A stretch of 64,000 nt of DNA, taken from contig NC_135830.1 of the NCBI RefSeq assembly GCF_964213995.1, positions 10,726,001 through 10,790,000 of the forward strand, read 5' to 3'. Made by a program: the position numbers and the translations under genes. The notes beneath the pieces were generated by a model. The model made no database searches. It had not been told where the DNA came from and saw nothing but the letters and a program-made list of their open reading frames with translations. This DNA is from Mustelus asterias (lineage: Eukaryota). Shown here in pieces: positions 24,752 to 37,146 of the stretch. Position 1 is the stretch's first letter. Every line of letters begins with the position of its first letter.

Positions 24752-25025
24752 ATCCTCAAAATAAGATGAGGGGAAACTACTTCTCGCAGTGGGTGGTGAA
24801 TTGGTGGAACTCGCTGCCCCATTGCGCGGTGGAGTCTGGTTCGTTGAATGGTTTCAAGAAGGGACGGATATATTTCTGATAAAGAAAAACGCATGAAAGG
24901 AGAACAAATGGGGAGGTGGATTGCCGACAAGGGAGAGATCAACCAGGATCTGATTGAATGGTGGAGCAGAATCAAAGGGCTGAATTTGCCTACATCTTTT
25001 CTCAGTTCCTATGTTCCTATGCTTC
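24752..25025 (+). mobile_element. CR1 3' end fragment
   Basis: ttctcgcagtgggtggtgaattggtggaactcgctgcc..; tail gttcctatgttcctatg. Confidence 0.75.
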
Positions 25026-26336
25026 TTTGAAAGTGTTACTTTCAATTTTCAAAGACCACCAACCTCATCACTGTGGTTCTGTTTCAATCTATGTACAATA
25101 CATCCTCTGGTTTCCCCTTCACCCACAACACATGTGAGTCCTGCAAATAACTTTGTAATCGCCTCATTCTGTGGTGTAACCATTCTGTTATTCTATGTTT
25201 CCCCCATTTATTTTCTCCTGACTTCCACCCTACCAGATGTTGTTATGTGTCCTCCCTGCCGGATTTCATTTGTTTTGAACTTCCTACATTTCTGACCATT
25301 CCCAGCGATAATGAAAGGTCATGGAGGTGAAAGTTAATTTCTGTTTCCCTATGCATACAAGCTGACGGACTTCCTGAGTTTTTCCATCATTATCGCCATT
25401 CAGTGAAGATGGCTGATCCGCTTTGGATGGCAAAGCTGACATATTTCCATACAAATGGCTTTTTGGTCGAGGGGTATGAATCTCGCTTTGGGTGTTAAAA
25501 TCCGCAACTTTGTGAGAGGTCATAGTTCAAGACCCTGTTAAGGTCTCATTTAGCTGTTGTTTCGTATTGGGCAAGTCATGGATTTCATTCTCCTATTTCT
25601 CGTGCAAATGCTGGGATTGGCTTTCATGGGGTCTGATTTGAGAACCTGACCACACACTGCAAGGCTTCCGTTCGCAAAATACTCACAAAGAATCAGGGCA
25701 TTTTCAAATGTTGAATCTGTTTACAGACATGAACTTAATCCAATTCAGAGGACACCATATTCAGGCGGCTGTTGTGTATATATTGGGATGTGGATCTCTA
25801 ACCTTGTTCTGTCGCTATATACCTGTCTCAGACTCTTTCACTCAGTCAGTCTCTCGCTCTGTGAATCAATTACTATTCCCTCTTTTGCTCTTTGCTCCCT
25901 CTAATTTCTCGCTGTCTATGTTTAACCGAGGTTCACTGCATTGGTTCTTGTGAGGAGGCCATTGTCCTGGGGAGACAGATTCGGTGGGATGAGTCTGCCT
26001 TGTCTGTTGATTAGAATGATGAGAGGTGATCAGATTGAAAATTCTGAAAATAGGGAGACAATTTGCCTTCGGACATACTGACACGCTGTTTCCCCACCTG
26101 GTTTGAGTATTTAGATCAAAAAAAATTAAGGTTTGCAATGTTTGGAAGGAGGTGCAGCTAAGAAGTGAAAGATGTGAATGAAGTTATTGATGATTGAGAG
26201 GAATGCATTCTAACCTCAGGGATTCTGTAGGTTGATTAATTGTAAACATTGTAACCAAAACAAGCTGAGACACCAGATGGAAAAGCTATATTTATCTCCA
26301 CGCATGTTAGGATATTGAGTGCCGTCTCCTATATGT

Positions 26337-26396
26337 GTCGGGCTCGCTGAGTCGCTAGAACATGCGATTCTTACTCTTCGAGCCCCACGTTGGGCA
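26337..26396 (+). pseudogene. tRNA-Lys(CTT) pseudogene (internal deletion)
   Basis: gggctcgctgagtcgctagaacatgcgattctta..ttcgagccccacgttgggca resembles vertebrate tRNA-Lys-CTT. Confidence 0.75.
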
Positions 26397-27229
26397 CTGT
26401 TGTTTTTAAACTTTCCCCTTTCCTGGGTGAACTCCAAATCTCCATTCCTCCGGCAGTGTCATCGCTCACACTGAGTCTTTCTCCCTCCCGCGTTGTTAAT
26501 CCCACAGTTACTGGTTTCTGAGTTAAACCGATCTCTGCTTCCATGGAAGTCGAAGAGTTTACTGCTTAATTCAGCGAGACGTTTTCTACTGATTTTGCGC
26601 GAAATTTGAACCCAGATCGGGGAGATTGTTTCAGTGGAAACAATAATTTCACCCATTGTCATTCAATCACTCCAGTCTTACATCCTATCACATGCCTTCC
26701 TCCTCTCGCCCTCTATTTTCCTTGACTCTGTATTTGCTCGTAGCCCATTTAATCTCTAATTTCTTTCAGTATGGGTAAAAGGTCAGTGACCCGAAACATT
26801 CACGCTGTTTCCATCTCTATAGACGCTGGTTAACCTGCTGAGTTTTTCCAACATTTTCTGTTTTGAGGTGGGATTTGCATTAACTGCAGTATCATTTTTT
26901 TCTGGTTCAATTTCAGTTTTCTTTGACTGAGCCTTACCTGTTGAAATCGTTAAAGAGGTGAGTTTTTAAATAATAAGATACAAGGATATGTCACCCTGTT
27001 TGACATAAATTGAAACAAAATGAGGATTAATCATTTTAGAAGATGTAACTAATTCAATATATATTTTGCAGGGGGTCCACTTACGGCTGCCATTCACTTT
27101 CATCTATCCCAATTTAAGCAAGAAGTGGGACGGCGAGACTCGAGTGCTAAGAGTTACACCATGAAACCAACAACACTCTGACCTAAGAGACCTCTAGCCT
27201 TTCTCACAAAGCACATTGGCCTTTCTCCC

Positions 27230-27268
<39 letters not shown>

Positions 27269-27394
27269 TCAATAATTGCCAGTCTCCAGTCGAATAGTTG
27301 TTGTTGCGTGACACTAACTGAACCTTTCTTTCAAAAGAGGAGTTAAAGAGTAGCGAAAAGATGGAAAAAAACATTGATGTTGCAGGCATCTGGA

Positions 27395-28723
27395 AAAGCT
27401 CTGGAAAAGAATGGTTCAATCAAGCAGATGCAGCATGGCTTCATGAAGGGAAAGTCATGTTTGACTAATTTACTGGAATCTTTAGAGGATATAATGAGTG
27501 CGGATGACAGAGGGGAACCGGTGGATGTGGTGTATTTAGATTTCTAGATGGCATTCGAAAAGGTGCCTCACAAAAGGTTGCTGCATAAGATAAAGGTACA
27601 CGGAGTTGAGGAGTGTTAGCGTGGATTGAGGATTGGCGATCTAAGAGAAAGCAGAGAGTCGGAATAAATGGGTGCTTTTTCAGTTGGCAATTAGTGACTA
27701 GTGGCGTGCCGCAGGGATCGGTGCTGGGGCCTCAACCATTTACCATATACATAGACGATCTGGAGGAGGGGACCGAGTGTAGGGTAACAAAGTTTGTGGA
27801 TGACACAAAGATGAGTGGGAAAGCAAATTGCGTGGAGGACACAGAGAGTCTGCAGAGAGACTTGGATAGCCTAAGTGAGTGGGCACGGATCTGGCAGATG
27901 GAGTATGACGTTGGTAAGTGTGAGGGTATCCACTTTGAAAGGAATAGGAGTAAAATGGACTATTATTTAAATGGTGACAAATTACAACATGCTACTGTGC
28001 AGAGGGACCTGGGGCTCTTTGTGCATGAATCACAAAAACTCAGTTTGCAAATGCAGCAGTTAATCAAGAAGGCAAATGGAATGTTGGCCTTTATCGCGAG
28101 AGGGATGGAGTATAAAAGCAGGGAGGTCATGCTGCAACTGTACAGGGTACTGCTGAGGTCGCACCTCGAGTACTGTGTACAATTTTGGTCCCCTTATTTA
28201 AGAAAGGATATATTAGCTTTGGAGGGGGTACAGAGAAGGTTCACCAGGTTGATTCCGGAGATGAGGGGGTTAGCTTATGAGGAGAGATTGAGTGGACTGG
28301 GCCTGTACTCATTGGAGTTTAGAAGGTTGAGGGGAGATCTTATAGAGACATACAAGATAATGAAGGGGCTAGACAGGGTAGAAGCAGTGGGTTATTTCCA
28401 CTTACAATGGAAACAAGAACTAGGGGCATAGCCTCAAAATACGGGGGAGTCAATTTGGAACAGAGTTGAGGAGGAACTTCTTCCAGAGGGTGGTGAATCT
28501 TTGGAATTCTCTGCCCAATGAAGCAGTAGAGACTACCTCGTTAAATGTGTTTAAGTCACAGATAAATAGATTTTTAACCACTAAGGGAATTAGGGTTTTG
28601 GTGAGCGGGCGGGTAAGTGGAACTGAACCCACTATCAGATCAGCCATGATCTTATTGAATGGCGGAGCAGGCTTGAGGGGCTAGATGGCCTATTCCTGCT
28701 CCTATTTCTTATGTTCTTATGTT
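27395..28723 (+). mobile_element. CR1 LINE 3' part inserted into the tRNA-Gln array
   Basis: ORF 27613-28431 ([26 protein letters not shown]); tail cttatgttcttatgttc. Confidence 0.93.
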
Positions 28724-28866
28724 CATCTGGCGCCAGAGGCTCAGCAACGTGCAATGTAAGAGAAGTTGAACTGGCTGACAAACTGTCCTCCAGATTCCTA
28801 CTTCATGAGAAATTTAAACAAAAGGTCGCTCAACAAATCAATCCTCAGCAATTGGAAAGAAGAGCA

Positions 28867-28931
28867 AGGATCCACCTAAACTTAAACCTGGTTCGCTGGG
28901 TTCAGAGTGCTCTCCATTAGACCAGAAAACC
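28867..28931 (-). pseudogene. tRNA-Gln pseudogene (deleted, degenerate)
   Basis: Aligns to the reverse complement of tRNA-Gln-CTG with an internal deletion. Confidence 0.6.
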
Positions 28932-29055
28932 GATAACATAGCAGTCAGCTGTAAATGGTCACTCAAAGCATTTGACCCACGATTGTTGCTGTCACATTGA
29001 ATGGAAAAAGGTCACATGCTTTGAGTCAATAATTGCATGAGGCGGCTCTCTTCCT

Positions 29056-29127
29056 GGTTCTGTGGTGTAACAATGAGCACTCTGGGCTCTGAATTCAGTG
29101 ATATGAGTTCAGATCTCGGTGAAACGT
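29056..29127 (+). pseudogene. tRNA-Gln(CTG) pseudogene
   Basis: ggttctgtggtgtaacaatgagcactctgggctctgaattcagtgatatgagttcagatctcggtgaaacgt, 72 nt with several stem mismatches. Confidence 0.8.
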
Positions 29128-29326
29128 TGCTTCTATTTGCTAAAGCCGGTGACTGGTTTGCTGAAGGACATTTTATTTGAAATTCTCAGAAAGTGAATTT
29201 TTGACTCTGAGGATATTTCAGCAAATTCAACCGCAATCACATTGCAGACGATGCAGCGAATGATTCTCCTTGTTTCATTGTTTCAGCCCCAGAGGACGAT
29301 AGCTCAAGAATGCAAAGAGCTCGGAT

Positions 29327-29642
29327 CATAAAATCCGTACAGTTCAGAAGGAAGCCATTCGGCCCATCGAACCTACACAGACAACAGTCCCCCCCCCACC
29401 CCACCCCCCACCTCCCCCCCCAGACCCTATCCCCATACACTTACCCTCTTTGTCCCCCAGACAGTACGAGAAATGTAACATGGCCAATCAACCTACCCGC
29501 ACATCTCTGTATTGTGCACCGCGTGCAAGCTTCCTTCGACACACGCAGACACGCGGAGAATGTGCAAACTGTAGAGAGTCACCCGAGGGCAGAATTGAAA
29601 CCCGGTCCCTGACACTGTGATGCAGCATTGCGCCACTGCGCC
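29327..29642 (-). mobile_element. HE1-like V-SINE variant
   Basis: ccattcggcccatcga tail, atggccaatcaaccta and ggagaatgtgcaaact blocks. Confidence 0.75.
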
Positions 29643-29732
29643 AGAAAAGCCACAGAGGGCAGGGGTTCCCCACCAGGAATCATGCACTGAGTCCTCTCTG
29701 CCAATTTAAACAAACTTAGAACGAAAGGAAAA

Positions 29733-29802
29733 AGGCTCTACGGAGATTCAAACTCAGTTTGCTTGATTCACAATCCAGACGCTAACCAGTTCACCTGAAA
29801 AC
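29733..29802 (-). pseudogene. tRNA-Gln pseudogene
   Basis: aggctctacggagattcaaactcag..gattcacaatccagacgctaaccag aligns to the reverse complement of tRNA-Gln. Confidence 0.65.
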
Positions 29803-29957
29803 AGAAAGGTCGCTTGCTTAACACAGCAGGCCATTTCCCCAGATCTTTCTCTTACTCACACACACACATTTTCTCTGCAATGTGCATTGCCATTGCAGCT
29901 GAACTGGCTCTCAAATTGTCCTCTCGATTAATACTTTGTGAGAAAGTCAAACATCGG

Positions 29958-30296
29958 TTGCCTTGGCAAAGCAGCCGACATAATTAAGGACCCCACGCAC
30001 CCCGGACATTCTCTCTTTTACCTTCTTCCGTGGGGAAAAAGATAGTCTGAGGTCACGTACCAACCGACTCAAGAACAGTTTCTTCCCTCCTGCCATCAAA
30101 CTTTTCAATGGACCTATCTTCTATTAAGTTGACCTTTCCCTCCACCGTGGCTATGACTGTTACATTGCATTCTGCACTCTTTCGTTTCCTTCTCTATGTA
30201 CGGTAAGCTTTGTCTGTATAGCGCGCAAGAAACAATACTTTTCATGGTGTACAAATAGATGTGACAATAATAAACCAAATCAAAATCAAATCAAAT
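29958..30296 (+). mobile_element. Rex1/Babar-like LINE 3' end
   Basis: Homologous to ~22415-22749; same gtgacaataataaa.caaatcaaa tail. Confidence 0.75.
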
Positions 30297-30338
30297 ATCA
30301 TCTAGCAAATCAATCATCAGAATTGGCAATGAAAAACA

Positions 30339-30410
30339 ATGTTCCACCGAGATTCGAACTCAGATCGCTGCATTCAGACTCCAGAGTGCCCACAATTTCA
30401 CCACAGAACA
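30339..30410 (-). pseudogene. tRNA-Gln(CTG) pseudogene
   Basis: gttccaccgagattcgaactcagatcgctgcattcagactccagagtgc..caccacagaac, 72 nt. Confidence 0.82.
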
Positions 30411-30452
30411 AAATGCGTTTGGTGACGATTTGCAGGGATCGTCCGTGTTTCC

Positions 30453-30510
30453 GGTTGTGTAGTGTAATGGTGAGTATTCTGAACTCTAAATTCAGATCTC
30501 GGTGGAGGCT
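30453..30510 (+). pseudogene. tRNA-Gln pseudogene (internal deletion)
   Basis: ggttgtgtagtgtaatggtgagtattctgaactctaaa|ttcagatctcggtggaggct. Confidence 0.7.
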
Positions 30511-30711
30511 TGCTTTTCTTTGCCAAAGCCGATGATTGGTTTGCTGAAGGGTATTTTATTTAAAATTGTCAGAAAGTGGAATTTTAAACTCTGAAGAAAT
30601 TTCAGCAAATTCCACCGCAATCACATTGCAGTCGATGCAGAAAATGATTTCCTAGCATAACGGCTTCAGCCCTAGAGGACGATTGCTCAAGAATATAAAG
30701 AGCGGGGAGAC

Positions 30712-31012
30712 AGAATCATAGAACCCAGATAGTGCAGAAGGAAGCCATTCGGCCCATCTAACCTGCACCAGCAGCAATCGCACCCAGGCTCTATCCCCAT
30801 AATCCCACATGTTTACCCTGTTAGTCCCCTGATTCTAAGGGCAACGGAACATGACCAATCAACCTAACCCGCACGTCATCGGATTGTGCGCCGGGTGCTC
30901 GGTTTTCTTCCACACACGCAGAGAATGTGCAAACTGCACACCGTCACCCGAAGCCAGAACGGAACCCCGGGCCCTTGTATTGCGATGCAGCAGTGCTGAC
31001 CACTGTGCCACA
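30712..31012 (-). mobile_element. HE1-like V-SINE variant
   Basis: Same tail and central motifs as 29327-29642, at the equivalent position in the repeat unit. Confidence 0.75.
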
Positions 31013-31091
31013 AAAGGCACAGTGAATCTACCGATATCATTCGCTGAGGTACGTGTTCTAAGTTAAGCAAGAGTTGGGGCGTTGAGAGCAG

Positions 31092-31163
31092 TGGTTCCAT
31101 CGAGATTCGAACTCGGATTGTTGGATTCAAAGTGCAGAGTGCTCACCGTTACACCGTGGAACC
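31092..31163 (-). pseudogene. tRNA-Gln(TTG), best-preserved copy but with anticodon- and T-stem mismatches
   Basis: GGTTCCACGGTGTAACGGTGAGCACTCTGCACTTTGAATCCAACAATCCGAGTTCGAATCTCGATGGAACCA: acceptor stem intact, anticodon stem has C-A and C-C mismatches. Confidence 0.85.
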
Positions 31164-31462
31164 AACGGGGGAGCGGTTTAAGGCAGGAGGTATTTCACAC
31201 AGATCTCACACATACACACTCTTGCTCAATTATTGCCAGACTCCAGTCGGATTGTTGTTGTTTGACACCAACTGCTCCTTTGATTCGACAGAGCATCAAA
31301 GAGCAGCGAAAACTGAAATAAGAAAAACACAGATGTTGCAAGCATCTAGCGCCAGTCTCAGCAATGAGCATTGACAAATTGTCCTTTCGATTCGTACTTG
31401 GTGAAAAATGTAAACGAAATGTCCTTCAGAAAATCAATTATCAACATTAGTAAAGGAAAGCA

Positions 31463-31534
31463 AGGTTCTGCCGAGGTTACAACTCTGACCGCGGGATTCA
31501 AAATCCGGGGAGCTCACCATTACACCACGGAACA
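31463..31534 (-). pseudogene. tRNA-Gln(TTG) pseudogene
   Basis: aggttctgccgaggttacaactc..ggattcaaaatcc..gctcaccattacaccacggaac. Confidence 0.78.
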
Positions 31535-31774
31535 CAAAACACAGCAAGCGGCTGCAAATGTACTGTGAAATATGACTATTTCTGGAGATATCTCCCGATA
31601 CATCGAGCAATGAAATGATTTGCTGTAAATTTGGGGCACTCTGTCTTCTGAGCTTTTCTGCTATCAACGGTGGCGTATAACGACACACTATTGTCGCACT
31701 TGCTGTTGCTGTCACATCGAATGAAAGATATCAAATTCTTCGGATGACCATTTGCCGGCGCTGGGCGTGTTCTG

Positions 31775-31846
31775 TGATCTGTGGTGTACCAGTGAGCTCT
31801 CTGGAATCTGAATCCAACAATCCGAATTCGTATCATGGCAGAGCCT
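31775..31846 (+). pseudogene. tRNA-Gln(CTG) pseudogene
   Basis: gatctgtggtgtaccagtgagctctctggaatctgaatccaacaatccgaattcgtatcatggcagagcct. Confidence 0.75.
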
Positions 31847-32382
31847 TGCTTTTTTTTTGCTAAACCCAATGATGTGTTTGCAGAAGGGCATTTTAGTTTA
31901 AATTGTCAGAAAGTGGAAATCTAAACACTGACGAAATCTCAGCAAATTCCACGGCAATCAAATTGCAGACGCTGCAGCGAATCTCTCTCCTGGCGTCATT
32001 GCATCAGCCCCAGAGGATGATTGCTCAAGAATACAAAACGCTGAGAGGCAGGGAAGCCACAGGAGGCAGGGGGGTCCAGCTTCATGTGTCGTGTCATTCA
32101 CTCACTCATCTGTCCCAATTTAAACAAGAGTTCGGAAACGAAAGGCCAGAATGCGATCCGCTGCACCATGGAATCGACAGCACTGCACACCGAAGACACT
32201 CGACTTCTCTCCCAAAACACACACGCGTACCTACACACACACTCTCTCTCAAACACACACACACACACACACACGCACACTTGCTCAATAGTTGCCAGCC
32301 TCCATTCGAATTCGTACTTTGTGAAAAAATGGAACGAAACGTCCTTCTGCAAATCAACAATCAGCATTAACAAATTAAAGCA

Positions 32383-32440
32383 AGGCTCTGCCGAGATTTG
32401 AACTCGGATCGCGAGATTCAGAATCCAGAATCATTCCCAT
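32383..32440 (-). pseudogene. tRNA-Gln(CTG) pseudogene, 3' part
   Basis: aggctctgccgagatttgaactcggatcgcgagattcagaatccaga. Confidence 0.75.
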
Positions 32441-32776
32441 TCCACAATCCCGTCAATTACCCACAGCAATTCATATTGACATTGCCCTTGTTGTTTCCTC
32501 CTAAAATAACGAGTACTCTACCTTCAACTGCATTAATTTCACTGCAGCTCACCACATTCAAAGAGCAATGTTAGGATCGAACTGTTATAAACTTTATTGC
32601 GGTAAATCCAGTGAACAGCATCAGCTGTTCACAGCTCTGTTTTCGTCACATTGGAAGCCAGTGTGAAAATGTGAACAATTTCTAATCTTAACAGACAGGA
32701 AGGAGAGTGTGACTGTGGATAATTGGCACTCTGCACATTGCTGCAATCAGTCTCTGGGAGAATCGGGCAGGTGGGA

Positions 32777-32840
32777 TCCTGGTCGCCCAGTGGTGAGGGG
32801 TCGGCGCTTTCAGGGTCGCAGACTGGCTTCGATGTACTAA
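32777..32840 (+). pseudogene. tRNA-Glu(TTC) pseudogene, degenerate
   Basis: tcctggtcgcccagtggtgaggggtcggcgctttcagggtcgcagactggcttcgat. Confidence 0.6.
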
Positions 32841-33309
32841 GATTTAATGTTTTTGATTTTTTTTTGAAATCCTGAAATACTTCCTGATCGAAAGCAGCTC
32901 TGTCATAATCAGTGGACTGAGATTTGTAGTTTTGCTTGCGAGCTGGAAACGTCACGTGTGCAACAGATCAAGAACAAACACAGATAGTGACGGACAGTGA
33001 TAGGTTGTAAGGTTCTGCCGATAGAGATGCTGATACAAGGTAAACTCTAGGTGGGAATGGCCCAGATTTAACCGTTTACACTGACAAAAATATCACTAAC
33101 TTCTGGATAAAAATTCCCAGGCTAAGAAGTAAACTTCTCACTGAATGAACACTAAACTCTTTCACCTCTATTGATTGCAAGCAGTTTTCATTCAGAAACT
33201 GAGGTCAATAAAGCGGGATGGAGAAAGACTCAGTTTGATTGATGACACTGCCGGAGGAATGGTAAGCTGGAGTTCTCCGAGGAAAGCAGTAAAGTTTAAA
33301 CATGGATGG

Positions 33310-33379
33310 AGCCCAATGTGGGGCTGCAACCAACGATTCGGAAATTACATCTGATATGCTACGACTAAGCTAACCGTCC
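33310..33379 (-). pseudogene. tRNA-Lys pseudogene
   Basis: gcccaatgtggggctgcaaccaacga..gactaagctaaccg aligns to the reverse complement of tRNA-Lys-CTT; its 3' flank is shared with 26400-26560. Confidence 0.7.
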
Positions 33380-33921
33380 TACTGCTGTAGCGATGCTTGC
33401 ACCCTTTCTTAACATACATGAAGCCAAATGCTGGTTCCATCTGGCGTCTCAGCTTGTTCTGAATCCAGAGTTTACAATTAACCAATTAACAAAATGCATT
33501 CCTCTCAATCATCAGTAACATCATTCACATCTTCCATTTCTTTGCTGCATCTCCTTCCAAACATTACAAACTTCTCTTACATCATTAACTCTGATCTTTT
33601 TACTGACACATTTCATGATTGAACTTTTGAACGAATGTGAATAATTTTGTGACGGTAAGAAGCTGTTCATTTCCAAGGGGGAGCTAAGGCACATTGACGC
33701 ACACAGAGCAACCCAGACACCTGCACACATCCAGGGTGACAGAGGCCGAAGGAGAGACAACACACTGAAAACACAACCTGGCTCCGTCTCTCTTCCATTT
33801 CTGACTGCAGGTTCCGTGAGGCTTTTGTGAATGAACGGAAATGTGAAACCGCCCGAATGTTTGGGTGGATTTGATTCAATTCGCTCTGTGGGCACAGAGT
33901 TAAAATCAGGAATGATCAGAA

Positions 33922-33974
33922 GCGGGAAATCCCAATGGATTTGAACTCCACGTTAACCACTCGGCCACGATGAC
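33922..33974 (-). pseudogene. tRNA-Ser pseudogene, 5' part
   Basis: gcgggaaatcccaatggatttgaactccacgttaaccactcggccacgatgac aligns to the reverse complement of tRNA-Ser; no T arm or 3' end. Confidence 0.72.
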
Positions 33975-34334
33975 TGACGCTCTGAGCTATGAAGCTAACC
34001 GCATGTCCATTTTAACAGTTACTCTACTATAATCAGTGGAACGAGCATCAGGGCGAAGATTTTGTGGATCATATTTCATTCCTAGGAAATGTCTGAGATG
34101 GAGAACACGAAGTTCAAAGATGTTACTGGAAAGCAACAGCATTCGAGCTGTGTCAGTTACTTTCAGTGATCAATCTCTGCTGTGTTTGCCGTGTGATTCT
34201 TCGTCAGAGCTTATTGCTGACGTCACATCTCTGACTTTTCCAACTCTAGTACAAATTCATCCAGCTGGAAGATTAACCTTCACAGATGCTGTGAGGTGTA
34301 TTTACATTAAATGAAGAATGATAGAAAGTTATTC

Positions 34335-34398
34335 ACTCCGTGGCTGGAAATCAAACCCGGACCACCGGACTGAATCCTGATCACGAGACTTGCAGTGA
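34335..34398 (-). pseudogene. tRNA-Glu pseudogene, degenerate
   Basis: ggaaatcaaacccggaccac..gaatcctgatcacgagac; a second weaker remnant lies at ~34605-34660. Confidence 0.5.
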
Positions 34399-34877
34399 AG
34401 CTGATATGAGAGATTTGCAATCAGATGGTCATCGTCGCTTTAGTCATTGCTTCATTTCTGGCCACTTTTGCCTGAGACAGATTTACTGAACCATGATATC
34501 ATTTTATGATTCCAGTAAAATGCATCTCTTTCCTTCTGTTCAGATCCAATTATCCCCACAGACGGAGCAAATTCAAAATGTTCTACTTAGGAATCGATTG
34601 TTATAAACACCGGACCCTGGCAGTGAAAACATTGACTTGGCACCAGTAGATCACCCGGACTCCACCATCACCAGCTCAATGTTGCCCTTGTCCATCATTC
34701 CTTGTGTCAGTTAATCCATCCTCTCTTGCTCTCTATCACATACCTTCCGTTTTGTTCTCATTTCAGAGCAATTCCCGACTTAAATGCTGCAATAACTCAA
34801 CAGTCCAATTAAAGTTTCGTGAGAAACGAGAATAATTCTGAAATATGAATCAGCGTGCAAGAAAAAGCATTTGGAAA

Positions 34878-34950
34878 TGCTTCTACGCGCTTTTGATCCA
34901 GAGACGTTTCACGCGTGAGATGAGCGTGATAACCACTACACTACCGAAAC
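34878..34950 (-). pseudogene. tRNA-Val(CAC) pseudogene
   Basis: ..tttcacgcgtgagatgagcgtgataaccactacactaccgaaac aligns to the reverse complement of tRNA-Val-CAC; B box degraded. Confidence 0.8.
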
Positions 34951-35867
34951 GCAGCAGTTCCTGTAGCTGAAGCAGATCTGGCTTACTGTAGAGGCAACAA
35001 AACTGCTTCCACAATCCCGTCAGTTTCTCATTTTACATTGCCTCTTCTAGCTCCCCTAATCAAAGTGAATGATGATACATTCCACTGCGAAACATTTTGG
35101 TGATCACGTGTTTGCCCAAAGTTATTCATTACGATTAAAGCAAATTAAGTGAATATCTCACGATGGAGGAATCTCAACTCACTTCTCCACAAATATCGTT
35201 ATCCTCAATTTAGTGTCTTAGAATTCTCATCAATGATACCATCAGAAGTGATTGCTATCAGAGGTGGTATTGGCAGGCAACAGAATCAATGGATGGGATT
35301 TGATCATATGTCCCATTGAGTCCCCTCCGTCACTTAAAATCAAGACGTGTGCCTAGCTCAACAACCCCTCATCTCAGGAATCAATTCAATGAAATTTGGT
35401 TCCACCCAGACATGGAGAGTTTAGGATGAATATAAAAGAACAAAAGAAGGGAATTGGATAGAGAGACTGAGCGAGTGAAGAACCCGACGCAGATCTACAA
35501 AGAGAAAGATAGAGACAGAGTAGGAAGACACTGAACGAAAAAAATGCACTTAGCAATTCCATTTGATTTCAATTTTTAAAAAAGTTGAAGGCATTGAAAA
35601 CAGCAAATGCTATGGCCGTAAAAATATATTTTGGCAATGGTGCTGAAGAATTCAGATTCAGAACTTGCCGCAATCCGAGCTAAGCTGTTCCTCGGCTACA
35701 ACACTGTCATGTGACCGCCAATGCTACAATTTGCCCAAGATTGCCCGGTTTACAAAAATCAGGTCAAGTCCAACGCCGCAAATTATCATCAGGCTACTCT
35801 TGATCATCAGTAACGTGACGAAAGGGACAATAAATAATGGTATCAGGAGGCACTCCAATGCAAACAG

Positions 35868-36202
35868 GAGGAACACGGTAGCACAGTGGTTAGCACTGCT
35901 GCTTCACAGCGCCAGGGACGTGAGTTCGATTCCCGGCTCGGGTCACTGTCTGTGTGGAGTTTGCACATTGTCTGCGTGGGTTTCCTCCGGGTGCTCCGGT
36001 TTCTTCCCACAGTCCAAAGATGTGCGGGTTAGGTTGATTGGCCAGGTTACAAAATTGCCCCTTCGAGTCCTGGGATGTGTAGGTTGGAGGGCTCAGCGTG
36101 TAAAATATGTGGGGGTAGGGCCTGGTTGGGATTGTGGTCGGTGCAGACGCGATGGGCCGAATGGCCTCCTTCTGCACTGTAGGGTTTCTATCATTTCTAT
36201 GA
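35868..36202 (+). mobile_element. HE1-like V-SINE
   Basis: Head, central domain and ctgcactgtagggtttctat tail all present. Confidence 0.92.
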
Positions 36203-36624
36203 ACATCACCCGATGTCACGATTCGGCACTTACTGCGTTCAACACTTAACACTGAGTTCAACAACTTCAGAGCATCCCCATTTCCATATATTTTGTTTTA
36301 TTTCATTTTATCTTATTTATTTTATTATTTTATATCTTATTTTATATATATATTTATTTTTTAATTTCCATGTTTTGCATTGTTTATTTAAAATCTCACT
36401 TTCCACCTTGTTGCCCCCTCTCCCTCCACCCCACTCGGGCCGTCTCTTACATTTCCTTTGTTCTGCCATTTACATATTCTGATCTCTTAATGGGCACCCT
36501 TCTCAGTCATGATCACGACCATTAAAATTCCCTTTTTCTTAATTTATATGTAACACCTTTGTCACCCACCCCACACCCATATCCCTCACTATTACAGTAT
36601 AAATCTCATCCAAATTTCTTTGTC

Positions 36625-36760
36625 TTCAGCTCTGACGATGGGCCATCCAGATTTTGAACGTTAGCTCTATTCTCCCTTCACAGTTGCTTTCAGACCTGTT
36701 GAGATTTTCCAGCATTTTCTGTTCTTGTTTTAGGTTCCAGCATCCGCAGTAAATGTGTTT
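36625..36760 (+). mobile_element. Penelope-like end with degenerate hammerhead core
   Basis: ctgacgatgggccatccagattttgaacgttag..cagacctg.tgagattttccagcattttctg, homologous to 56961-57095. Confidence 0.6.
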
Positions 36761-36876
36761 TTTCAAGAGGCACTTGTCAGACAGACTTGTCCCTGGTGTA
36801 CAAAAAAATGCTGGAATAGGAATTAAAAAGGCCAAGTTAGCATGGAAAGATTAGATTAGAATACTCGCAGGCAGTT

Positions 36877-36942
36877 TCCTTGATGATCTCGTGGTTAGGA
36901 TTTGGCGCTTTCACTGCAGCGGTTCGATTCCTGGTCAGAAAA
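36877..36942 (+). pseudogene. tRNA-Glu(TTC) pseudogene (6-nt deletion at variable loop/T stem)
   Basis: tccttgatgatctcgtggttaggatttggcgctttcactgcagcggttcgattcctggtcag. Confidence 0.82.
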
Positions 36943-37146
36943 TTAAGATTTATTGTTTTCTCGCAGCACATGATTTAAGTGGAGTTGGAATTACTTCCTG
37001 CTGGAAAACAGGAGTGATATTGGTGCCAGTTTCAACAGCACAGAGAAAAAATCTGTCGCATTCCACAAGCCCGTCAATTACAAGAATTTATATTTGCATT
37101 GCCTCTTTTGGTTCCTCCAGTCAAAATGAATGATGATATATTCTCG

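Larger units (their letters stand above)
27100..32440. repeat. Decayed tandem array of ~1-kb core units, each carrying up to three tRNA-Gln copies
   Basis: Shared flank (ttgctgaagg.attttattt.aaatt.tcagaaagtg..tttcagcaaattc.accgcaatca.attgcag) at ~29130-29310, 30510-30695 and 31850-32030; Gln copies recur at the same positions relative to it. Confidence 0.85.

Noticed and set aside
33922-33974. tRNA-Ser remnant whose anticodon reads TCA (opal suppressor or Sec)
   Set aside because: T arm and 3' acceptor strand are missing, the anticodon arm is damaged, and the body is Ser-type; it cannot function.
35665-36264. 194-aa and 124-aa ORFs, and similar ORFs over SINEs or antisense to LINEs
   Set aside because: They are incidental translations of HE1-like SINE or CR1 sequence.
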